64,000 nucleotides of DNA from a virus: IMG/VR virus record IMGVR_UViG_3300017963_000246; one strand, given 5' to 3'. This document shows, one piece after another, positions 1-7,928 of the stretch. Position numbers and translations under genes: made by a program. The stretch's first letter is position 1; each line of letters begins with the position of its first letter. Under the pieces are notes generated by a model, which saw nothing but the letters and a program-made list of their open reading frames with translations, was not told where the DNA came from and made no database searches.

Positions 1-43
1 GTAGCGTACGTGCTGGGGTGGAAGGCTGGGAAGGGGGAGGGCG

Positions 44-505
44 ATGCAAAGGAAACTGGTTGAGATGTCGTTCCCCTTTCTTCAACAGTTCATGACGGAG
101 GGGCACAAGGCGACCCTCATCGAATGCGTACACGGTCTCCCGGCCGACGCGAAGCTCGTCGGATCCATCGCGAGAGACGTCACGAGTACCCGCAACGGCG
201 TGTGGACGTACGAGCCTTTGATCGGGCTGTTGTTCGAAAGCGAGCAATGGGTGGATGACCCGGTCGGACGACACGTCGAACTCCCTAGCGGAGAATACGT
301 GGAAGTCTTGATGCCGGAGTTCAAGACGCTGCGGGACCGAGACGCGATCACCATTGATTTGAAAGACAGCGGCAGCATCCGAATCGTGGGCGTGCGGGAA
401 GACGCGTCGGTCAGCAAAAGCGAGGATTGCACGGTGTGGCCGACCGTGACCAGGCACAAGTACCCACTCGACCGGCTGCCGCTGGAAGTGGAGGAGTTCA
501 CGTGA
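44..505 (+). CDS. hypothetical protein
   Basis: 153-aa ORF; G-rich SD-like run (GGGGGAGGG) upstream of ATG 44; stop overlaps next start (GTGA 502-505). No motif recognised. Confidence 0.6.
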   Translation: MQRKLVEMSFPFLQQFMTEGHKATLIECVHGLPADAKLVGSIARDVTSTRNGVWTYEPLIGLLFESEQWVDDPVGRHVELPSGEYVEVLMPEFKTLRDRDAITIDLKDSGSIRIVGVREDASVSKSEDCTVWPTVTRHKYPLDRLPLEVEEFT

Positions 506-1227
506 GCATCGGCGTGTTCGCACCTGGGCTCGGTTTTTACGTCGGGCGCATCGAGGCGCGGCAGCCGTTCACATTCGTCAGGATGGGGGATGGCGAATGG
601 TCGACCATCCTCCAAGATCGGACCCGGACGTCCTCCAAGTCGCAGCACATCGACATCCCGAAGCTGAAGAGGCTGATGCGGACGATGATGGTCGAATGTC
701 CCAAGGACCCGCGGTTCGTCATCTCGATGAGGCCGGGGAGCCAGCGGCCCGGAATCGAGACGTGGCTGGAGCGCAATGCCAGGACCAACATAAAGTGGCA
801 CGACTGCCGTGTACTGTACCAGGCCAGCAAGCACGGGAACCTATATCCGTGGGTGAAGGCGGTTCGCGAATGCGGGCTCCCGGTCGTCGTGGTCGGGCCG
901 GAGCGGCACAAGACCTTGAACGGGAGGATGTTCGACATAGCGCAGCACGTGGTCATCCCGAACCGGGATTGCTTCGTGGAACAGGACCGCATCCTGGCTG
1001 AGGTCTGCTTACCCAACCGGCCGGCGGTCATCCTGTTCTCGGCCGGTCCGGCGGCGAAGGTGATGTGCTGGCAACTGTGGAAGCGGGGCGTGGGCGAGTC
1101 GAGCTTCGTGTTCGACGTGGGGAGCCTGCTCGACGTTTATTGCGTCCCGATGAAGAAGAGCCGGAAGTACCACAAGTACCTGGCGAACAACCCGGAACTC
1201 ATCCGGCGCAACCTGACGGGGGAATGA
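502..1227 (+). CDS. GT-D type (DUF1792-like) glycosyltransferase, paralogue 1
   Basis: In-frame GTG 502 overlaps upstream stop; FTFVRMGDGEW resembles the RFGDGE signature of GT-D/DUF1792 enzymes; clear paralogy to next ORF (VVVGPE/VLVGPE, SAGPAAKV/HAGPASPV, DVGSLLD/DLGSILD). ORF-track extension to 427 overlaps previous gene and is discounted. Confidence 0.6.
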   Translation: MSIGVFAPGLGFYVGRIEARQPFTFVRMGDGEWSTILQDRTRTSSKSQHIDIPKLKRLMRTMMVECPKDPRFVISMRPGSQRPGIETWLERNARTNIKWHDCRVLYQASKHGNLYPWVKAVRECGLPVVVVGPERHKTLNGRMFDIAQHVVIPNRDCFVEQDRILAEVCLPNRPAVILFSAGPAAKVMCWQLWKRGVGESSFVFDVGSLLDVYCVPMKKSRKYHKYLANNPELIRRNLTGE

Positions 1228-1994
1228 TGCTCAAGACGATGACGAGGCCGTTTCAGTGGTGGGTGGACAAGATACGCTCGGAGAGGCCGTTCACGTTCGT
1301 CCGCTACGGAGACGGGGAGCTCAACGCGATGTTTTGGTGCGGTCGTAAAAAGGGCGGGGGTCGCACGAAGAACGGCGACTTCCACACGCTGCGCAGTCCA
1401 GAACTGCGAAGGCTCCTCAAAAAGAGCATCACCCAGCCGGGCGCGGCGCAGAACTATTATCGCAGCCTCTGGCTGGACCAGAACGGAAGGCCAAGGGAGC
1501 GGTTGGCGCGTGACCACCTATCCACGGTCAGCCCGGAAGGCGTGACGTGGTGGAACGCACTGGCAATACAGGCCGCGCTCAACGCGGGTCGGGGACACGC
1601 GTTCTTCCAGGCGATGCGAGGGCAAGAGCGCCCGATAGTCCTCGTCGGCCCTGAGCACCTGAGGAAGGTCAACAAAGCGGGATGCTTCAATTATGCCAAG
1701 TTCGTCCAGGTGCCGTACCGGAGGGCGTTCTTTGCGCGAGAGCGGATAGTCGAGGACGCGCTGGAAGTCGAAGGTCCGGCGCTGTACAGCGTTCACGCAG
1801 GACCAGCCAGCCCGGTCATCGCATGGATGCTGTGGAAGGAGCGGGGCGACGTGGCGACTGTCCTCGACCTCGGCTCCATATTGGACGGGTATCCGGACAA
1901 ACGGTTCGGAGGACCGGGGCAAGGAAAGATGACGCGGTCGTTCTGGAAGAAGCGCGCGACGAAGGCCATCATACAAAGGAACCTTCACGGATGA
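1224..1994 (+). CDS. GT-D type (DUF1792-like) glycosyltransferase, paralogue 2
   Basis: ATG 1224 overlaps upstream TGA (ATGA); FTFVRYGDGELNAMF motif; paralogous to 502-1227. Confidence 0.6.
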   Translation: MMLKTMTRPFQWWVDKIRSERPFTFVRYGDGELNAMFWCGRKKGGGRTKNGDFHTLRSPELRRLLKKSITQPGAAQNYYRSLWLDQNGRPRERLARDHLSTVSPEGVTWWNALAIQAALNAGRGHAFFQAMRGQERPIVLVGPEHLRKVNKAGCFNYAKFVQVPYRRAFFARERIVEDALEVEGPALYSVHAGPASPVIAWMLWKERGDVATVLDLGSILDGYPDKRFGGPGQGKMTRSFWKKRATKAIIQRNLHG

Positions 1995-2686
1995 ACGAGC
2001 ACATCGAATTCCTGACGCAGCTTGAGCTCATGGGGGCGGAGAACCACGTCGACGAGCTGTACCTCTGGCCGCGGACGCCAATAGCCAATTTGCAGGCGGA
2101 GGCGTGGCAGCGGGTCGGCGTCTCGGACTGGCGGGCGGACGATGAGCGGTCCAGGCCGGCGCAGGTTCTGAGGGTGCTGGAGGACCTGACGTACAACAGG
2201 CTCATATCGGAACAGTTCTCCTATCTGGACATCTGCTGCGGGGATGGCGTCATCCTGTGGCACGTACGTCGCACATATCCGTTCGCGACGGTGTGCGGCG
2301 TGGACCTGGCGGACCAGGATACGCATGTGCTCGTGCAGGAGAGCGGCGTCAAGGTGTTCCGAATCGCTATCCAACGTTTGTTCAAGACCACGGGGCCGAG
2401 GTTCGACGTCGTGACGATGTTCAACACGTACCGGGGCTGGACGTCCGCGGACCTACGAGAGGACGAAAAGTGGCTCGTCGACGCCGTGGATGAATGGCTG
2501 CGCCGGAACGCACGCTTCGCTATCTTGACGGTCGGGCGGAGCGATGTCGGGCGCAGGCAAGTGGAAACGCTGAAGGGTCGGGGCTTTTGGGTGACGGAGG
2601 TGGGCACGGCTGAGGACAGGAGCACCATGATACTCGTGTTCCCGTGCGACGCGGGGGAGGGACTGTGGAGCCAACAGCGACGGTGA
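1991..2686 (+). CDS. class I SAM-dependent methyltransferase
   Basis: ATG 1991 in ATGA overlap with upstream stop; YLDICCGDGVILW (SAM motif I), GVDL acidic motif II, FDVVTMFNTY; ORF-track extension to 1682 overlaps previous gene. Confidence 0.65.
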   Translation: MNEHIEFLTQLELMGAENHVDELYLWPRTPIANLQAEAWQRVGVSDWRADDERSRPAQVLRVLEDLTYNRLISEQFSYLDICCGDGVILWHVRRTYPFATVCGVDLADQDTHVLVQESGVKVFRIAIQRLFKTTGPRFDVVTMFNTYRGWTSADLREDEKWLVDAVDEWLRRNARFAILTVGRSDVGRRQVETLKGRGFWVTEVGTAEDRSTMILVFPCDAGEGLWSQQRR

Positions 2687-3456
2687 AGTTGTACCACGGC
2701 GATTGTCTGGAGATTCTACCGACGCTTGAGGCGGGGAGCGTGGATGCTGTGATTGCGGATCTTCCCTATGGCATAACGGCGTGTAAGTGGGACACGGTGA
2801 TACCATTCGAGCCGCTGTGGACGCAGTATAAGCGGGTCATCAAGAGGCGCGGGGCAATTGTGTTGTTCGGGTCTCAGCCGTTCGTCAGCGTACTGGTGAT
2901 GAGTAATCTGAAGTGGTTTAGGTATGAATGGATATGGGAGAAAGACAAAGGGCCAAACTTTGGAGCTGTGAAGTTCCGCCCTTTTACTGTAAGTGAACAT
3001 ATTGTCGTGTTTTCCAAGAACAGGCATACATATAATCCTCAGATGTGGAACGCTGGATTTGTGACAAATCGCTCCGCGTCCGACGGGCAATATGTAGGTG
3101 AGCAAAATGTATATGGTTCTAATGGTCTTAGAACAACGTGGCGGAATGCAACGAATAGATATCCGCGAAATGTGATTAGATTTGCTGTACCAAAGCATAA
3201 TGATGGGCGGAATGATGGACATTGCCATCCAACTCAAAAACCCGTTCCTTTACTCGAATATCTTATTCGCACATATACTAATGAGGGTGAGGCAGTGCTT
3301 GACAACACCATGGGCTCCGGCACAACCGGCGTTGCCTGTGTCCAGACTGGGCGGGACTTTATTGGGATTGAAATCGACAAGGGCTATTTCGACATCGCCA
3401 AGGCGCGGATTGAGAAAGCACAAGCAGAGATATTACAACTGGAGATGCTTGTCTGA
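2665..3456 (+). CDS. DNA methyltransferase (N6-adenine/N4-cytosine, beta-class motif order)
   Basis: KLYHGDCLEILP, VDAVIADLPYG (DPPY-type motif IV variant), HPTQKPVPLLEYLI, LDNTMGSGTTGVAC..DFIGIEID (SAM motif I after motif IV). Start set at GTG 2665 behind GGGAGGG; 2644 or 2683 also possible. Confidence 0.85.
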   Translation: MEPTATVKLYHGDCLEILPTLEAGSVDAVIADLPYGITACKWDTVIPFEPLWTQYKRVIKRRGAIVLFGSQPFVSVLVMSNLKWFRYEWIWEKDKGPNFGAVKFRPFTVSEHIVVFSKNRHTYNPQMWNAGFVTNRSASDGQYVGEQNVYGSNGLRTTWRNATNRYPRNVIRFAVPKHNDGRNDGHCHPTQKPVPLLEYLIRTYTNEGEAVLDNTMGSGTTGVACVQTGRDFIGIEIDKGYFDIAKARIEKAQAEILQLEMLV

Positions 3457-4853
3457 TGGAGCCAATCGCGACGATCATAATGCCGACGGTCGACCTCGAC
3501 CGTGCCGGGGAGACGCTGGCGATGTCCAGGGCCACGGCGGGCGTCGAGACGAGCGCCTTCCTGTACTGGGACTTCAAGCCGCGCGGAGCGGTCTGGTCGT
3601 CGAACGCACTGTTCAAGGCGGCGCTACACATGGAGACGCCGTACGTGGCCTACATGAACGACGACACGGTTCCGGAGCAACAAGACTGGCTGAAGCTGAT
3701 GATAGGGGCCCTGGAGCGGGACGCGAAGTTCGGCTGGGCGTGTCCGTCCGGCGAGTGCTCCACAAACCCGCAGCGCAGCGGCAGGCCGGGCGACCCGTTC
3801 GAGGTCCACGTCGTGAAGAAGCCGATGGCATGGTTCGTGGCGGTCATCAAGCGGGAGTGCCTGGAGGACGTGGGCGGGTTCTGGGAGGAGCTCATCCACT
3901 ACGGGGACGAGAGCGACTGGATTCAGCGGGCGTTCCGCAAAGGGTGGAAGCAGATTTGGACCAGGGGCGTCTACATCCGGCACAACAAGCAGGGCGGCGG
4001 GGAGATGAAAAGCCTGCGCAACGTGTGGGCCGGGCACGACAAGCGGCTGTACCGCAAGCGGTGGGTCGGTGGGAAAAAAAAGACGAAAGCGCAGGCGGGG
4101 AATGAGAGTCTAAAAGTGAAGACTTCCGGACTGCTGAAGGGGTCACAATTCTCCTGCATCGCCGGGACGGGCAGGACCGGCTCGCACTGGCTGCAGAAGT
4201 TCATCCAGGTACACGCGGTCGGCAAGGTGCAGACGTTCCACGACGGGCTTCCGAACCGGCTGAAGCACCGTCCTTCGGCCCGGTGGCAGATGGCAAACTA
4301 CCTGCTCAACCTGGAGGCCAAGGCCCCCGGCGCGGAGGTGTACGTCGAGTGCAACCCGGCGCTTCTGGAGTGGGTGATGCTCGACCATCCGGGGGGCGAG
4401 GTGCTCCCGGCAGGGATGCTTGACAGGGACTCAAAGGTTTTGTTGGCTGTCCGGCACCCGTACGGCTACGTCAAGAGCATCAAGGCGAAGGCGTGGGCCT
4501 GGAATTGGCACAAGAAGCCGGGATGCACCATCAAGGGTTGGCAGACGGCGAGCTTGGCAGAGAAGGCGTCAAAAGCGTGGGCGTTCAAGAACCGGCTCAT
4601 CTTGGAGTCGTTCCAACATGTACCGTACGTACGGTTCGAGGACTTGTTCAGCGACGGTGGTGCAGTGTTCGTGCGCGACGCGCTGGAAACACTCGGTATA
4701 GAGACCGACGTCCCTGACGAGCAGATAGAGCACGAGCTCGGGTACAGGGCCGCGCCGAAAGGTGGCTGGCAAACACCGTTGACCGATTCTGAGAAGGGGT
4801 GCATAGTGGACATTTGCGGGCCGATGATGGGAGAATTCGGCTATGACGCGTAG
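3456..4853 (+). CDS. bifunctional GT2-like glycosyltransferase / sulfotransferase-like protein
   Basis: N-terminal IIMPTVDLDR and YMNDDTV (GT2-like DxD); C-terminal half has CIAGTGRTGSHWL (5'-PSB P-loop-like) and AVRHPYGYVKS (3'-PB RxPxxxxxS), as in PAPS-dependent sulfotransferases. Confidence 0.6.
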   Translation: MEPIATIIMPTVDLDRAGETLAMSRATAGVETSAFLYWDFKPRGAVWSSNALFKAALHMETPYVAYMNDDTVPEQQDWLKLMIGALERDAKFGWACPSGECSTNPQRSGRPGDPFEVHVVKKPMAWFVAVIKRECLEDVGGFWEELIHYGDESDWIQRAFRKGWKQIWTRGVYIRHNKQGGGEMKSLRNVWAGHDKRLYRKRWVGGKKKTKAQAGNESLKVKTSGLLKGSQFSCIAGTGRTGSHWLQKFIQVHAVGKVQTFHDGLPNRLKHRPSARWQMANYLLNLEAKAPGAEVYVECNPALLEWVMLDHPGGEVLPAGMLDRDSKVLLAVRHPYGYVKSIKAKAWAWNWHKKPGCTIKGWQTASLAEKASKAWAFKNRLILESFQHVPYVRFEDLFSDGGAVFVRDALETLGIETDVPDEQIEHELGYRAAPKGGWQTPLTDSEKGCIVDICGPMMGEFGYDA

Positions 4854-5526
4854 CAGATGTGCAATGGTGATCTCAATCCCCAGAGCAGGAAGCTCCTGCG
4901 TGGCTGGGGCGCTCCATCGGCTGGGCGTTGACATGGGGACTGGTCATTTTCAGGGGAAGGATAAGGCCAACCCGCGCGGATACTATGAAGACCTCCAATG
5001 GCGCTACGCCAACCAGCGCGTGACGGGTCGCGGGTATGATGCCGAGCGTGCTGTGAAGGTAAAACCGGGCAAGAAGCAGAAACAGATTTGGCGGGAGCTC
5101 GCGGCGCAGTACAAGTCGAAATCCTTGTGGGGGATGAAGGACCCGTGGCTGTGCTTCGTCGGCAGGCACGTGTGGAAGGCGTTGCGTGAAGAGGACGTGA
5201 ACGTCCGCGCGGTGTTCGTCCGAAGGGATTTCGAGGCAAGCTGCGCGAGCATCTGCAAGCACATCCAGAAAAGCTACCGGGGCAAGTACAGGATGAAGCC
5301 GAGCGAGATAGCGTCTACCTGGCTGTGGGCGTTCGAGCAGCGTCGGGCGGAATGGGATGGGGAAAGCCTCGACGTCTGGTACGAGGAACTGCTCGCAGAC
5401 CCGGACGCGGAAATCCGGCGCATGGCGGGGTTCTGTTATGCGGGACTGGAGATACCTATACCGGGCATCTCAGACGCGGTGAAGTGGGTGTCGCCGGCAC
5501 TCCAGCATTTCAAGGGGGGACGATGA
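4843..5526 (+). CDS. sulfotransferase family protein
   Basis: VISIPRAGSSCVAGAL (5'-PSB-like), GMKDPW, VFVRRDFEASCAS (3'-PB-like); 11-nt overlap with upstream gene. Confidence 0.6.
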   Translation: MTRSRCAMVISIPRAGSSCVAGALHRLGVDMGTGHFQGKDKANPRGYYEDLQWRYANQRVTGRGYDAERAVKVKPGKKQKQIWRELAAQYKSKSLWGMKDPWLCFVGRHVWKALREEDVNVRAVFVRRDFEASCASICKHIQKSYRGKYRMKPSEIASTWLWAFEQRRAEWDGESLDVWYEELLADPDAEIRRMAGFCYAGLEIPIPGISDAVKWVSPALQHFKGGR

Positions 5527-6650
5527 TACAGGTGTTCTCGAACAGCCTCGACGTCATCGAGGCGCAAGCGATGATGAAAGTGCTGTACTCCAAATGGCTC
5601 GGCCGCGGGGAACGGTGCCGCGAGTTCGAGCAGGCTTGGGACCGGCACATCATCCAGGAAGGGTCGCTCTTGTTCAACTGCTGCACGGCGGCGAGCAAGG
5701 TTGCCCTGCAGGCGCTAGGCGTGGGACGGGGAGACGAGGTCATCTTGCCGACGTGTCATTTCGTCGGGGTGGCGAATGCCGTCATCGAAGTCGGAGCATT
5801 TCCGCGGTTCGCAGATGTGGACCCGATGACGATGCACATTCTGCCGAGTGAAATCGACAGGCTGAGGAACCAGTACACGAAGGCCGTGTTCATGCTTCAC
5901 TACGGCGGGCACGCGGCTTCAATGGAAGACATCATGGCGGCGTCAGAAGGGCTCCTCGTGTTGGAGGATGCGGCGAACGGACCGTGCACGGCCGTCGACG
6001 GCAAAGCGATAGGAACGTTCGGGGACGCCGGGGTGTGGTCGTTCGACGCGATGAAGGTGTTGGTGATGGGTGACGGAGGGATGCTTTGGCTCCGGGACGA
6101 AGAGGCTCAAAAACGGGCCGAGGCGCTGCGGTACATGGGCCTCGCTCCCAAGAGTAAAAGCGGCATCGACAGTTCGGCAGAGCGAGACAGGTGGTGGGAG
6201 TTCGATTTGGTCGAGTGCAGCGGGCGGTACACGTCGAACGACGTCCTGGCGGCGGCCGCGCTGATGCAGATGACCAGGCTCCCTGCGACGGTGCAGCGGC
6301 GAAGGGACATATGGAGAGCGTACCAGACGGAGCTCAGAGACGTGCCTGAAATTACGCGCCCTCCCGAGCCCTTGCCGGGGTCGACGATGACCGGATACCT
6401 GTACTGGATCCAGTGCGACGACAGGGACTTGCTTGCGCGGTACCTACTGGACAACGGCGTGTACACGACGTTCCGGTATTGGCCGCTGCACTTGGTGCCG
6501 TACTACAGGGACATGGGACTCTGCCCCGAGGCGCTTCCAAACGCAGAACGCGCAGCGGAACGGACGTTGTGCCTGCCCATCCACCAGAACCTGACGGCGG
6601 CGGACGTCGACAAGGTCATCTCCCTGGTGAGGGAGTTTTATAGGAGGTAG
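5523..6650 (+). CDS. DegT/DnrJ/EryC1/StrS-family PLP-dependent sugar aminotransferase
   Basis: ATG 5523 in ATGA overlap; ILPTCHFVGVANAV, SFDAMKVLVMGDGG (PLP-lysine box), LCLPIHQNL; ORF-track extension to 5325 discounted. Confidence 0.85.
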   Translation: MIQVFSNSLDVIEAQAMMKVLYSKWLGRGERCREFEQAWDRHIIQEGSLLFNCCTAASKVALQALGVGRGDEVILPTCHFVGVANAVIEVGAFPRFADVDPMTMHILPSEIDRLRNQYTKAVFMLHYGGHAASMEDIMAASEGLLVLEDAANGPCTAVDGKAIGTFGDAGVWSFDAMKVLVMGDGGMLWLRDEEAQKRAEALRYMGLAPKSKSGIDSSAERDRWWEFDLVECSGRYTSNDVLAAAALMQMTRLPATVQRRRDIWRAYQTELRDVPEITRPPEPLPGSTMTGYLYWIQCDDRDLLARYLLDNGVYTTFRYWPLHLVPYYRDMGLCPEALPNAERAAERTLCLPIHQNLTAADVDKVISLVREFYRR

Positions 6651-6651
6651 G

Positions 6652-7347
6652 ATGGCGAACAAGGCGCTTCAGCAGGGGGAGCAGCTCTTACAGACCGACA
6701 GGACGCTGTACATGGACCTGGGGAACAACAGGTATGCCAGGGTGCTCGGTTCTATCGTGGCGCTTGGAAACCAGGTGGTGTCGGATGCAAATCCGTTCCC
6801 GGTGCTTTTGAAAACCGGCGGTGGGCAGGACATCTCGACAGACGACATCACGGACGCGCTGACGACAATCGACATCTTCCACCACGAAGCGCACGAGGGG
6901 GAACTGTTCTCTGTTTCGTACAAGACGGCGGACGGGGCTCCATTGGCAGACAATGCGACCATAGTGCTTGCCATCCAATCCGCGACGAAATACCTGCACT
7001 TCCAGGCGTTCGGGGCACTGGGCGGGGACGCCGAGATGGAGTTCTACAGTGGTTCGACCATCGCGGCTGACGGGACGCTGATGACGCCAAGCAACCACAA
7101 CATCTCCAAGGGACTGAGTGATGCAACAGTCAGGCGTGACCCGACCGTGACCGTTGCCGGAACCCTGCGGGACAATTTCCTCATCCCAGGCGGGACCGGA
7201 GGAAACGCGATAGGCGGGGACGGGGACCAGCGGGACGAGTGGATAATCCCGCCGCTGACATGGGCGTTCGCACGGCTGACGAACCGGGCGGGGAACGCGC
7301 AGCCTGCGTCTCTAAAGGCGGTGTGGTACGAGGAGAGTACAAACTAA
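6652..7347 (+). CDS. hypothetical protein (probably virion-associated by position)
   Basis: 231-aa ORF with AGGAGG SD before ATG 6652; beta-rich; no motif recognised. Confidence 0.7.
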   Translation: MANKALQQGEQLLQTDRTLYMDLGNNRYARVLGSIVALGNQVVSDANPFPVLLKTGGGQDISTDDITDALTTIDIFHHEAHEGELFSVSYKTADGAPLADNATIVLAIQSATKYLHFQAFGALGGDAEMEFYSGSTIAADGTLMTPSNHNISKGLSDATVRRDPTVTVAGTLRDNFLIPGGTGGNAIGGDGDQRDEWIIPPLTWAFARLTNRAGNAQPASLKAVWYEESTN

Positions 7348-7529
7348 TGTCAAACACGATGTTCTTGACGGGTCCAGACGGGGATGCGGTTTCGGCGAGA
7401 TGCGATGCCGATGGGCGGCTGATTACGGTGGCGGAAGCGAAGGCCGTCTACGGCTGGCTTGTTCCGGCGTTGCTCTGCGTGAACGTGGCCGAGCTCGGCG
7501 CAATCATCGCGCTGTTGATTTTTAGGTAA
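7347..7529 (+). CDS. small protein with C-terminal transmembrane segment
   Basis: ATG 7347 overlaps upstream TAA (TAATG); 60 aa ending WLVPALLCVNVAELGAIIALLIF. Confidence 0.5.
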   Translation: MSNTMFLTGPDGDAVSARCDADGRLITVAEAKAVYGWLVPALLCVNVAELGAIIALLIFR

Positions 7530-7538
7530 GGAGGAAAC

Positions 7539-7928
7539 ATGACAGCAGGCGGATTCTACGAGGCGGACGGTGTAACATATGATGACCTTCGGGTTTCGGA
7601 CATGGGGGCTGAGAACGTCAGCTTCCCAGGCGCGGCAGACGAGCGTCGGAGAGTTGTTTACGCGGCCATTCCAAATGCGCGCCACGTCATCACGTTCGTC
7701 CACGGGTGGTATGATTCAGTTCCCACGGGCGGCAATATTCGCATCGAGTACGGAGACACGAACGTGCTCGCGTTCCGAGTGCCCGTGACCGGGGCCGGGA
7801 CCGGCTTCTTGCCCGTGTTCCTACGCGCCCCGACCAACACGAGGGTGCGCATCACGCTCGCTCCGGGCGGGGGGACCGTGCGCGGATATCTGAACGTCGG
7901 GCATCGGGTAGAAAGGCCAATCCCATGA
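7539..7928 (+). CDS. hypothetical protein
   Basis: 129-aa ORF, AAGGAGG SD; stop overlaps next start (ATGA). Confidence 0.65.
   Translation: MTAGGFYEADGVTYDDLRVSDMGAENVSFPGAADERRRVVYAAIPNARHVITFVHGWYDSVPTGGNIRIEYGDTNVLAFRVPVTGAGTGFLPVFLRAPTNTRVRITLAPGGGTVRGYLNVGHRVERPIP

Noticed and set aside
427-5525. Long 5' extensions of ORFs in the track (427, 1065, 1682, 5325 and analogous minus-strand cases such as 27492, 49319, 50182, 51463)
   Set aside because: The extensions overlap the preceding gene in another frame and are Arg/Gly/Pro-rich. Internal starts that overlap the upstream stop (ATGA/GTGA) or follow an SD give compact, motif-complete proteins.
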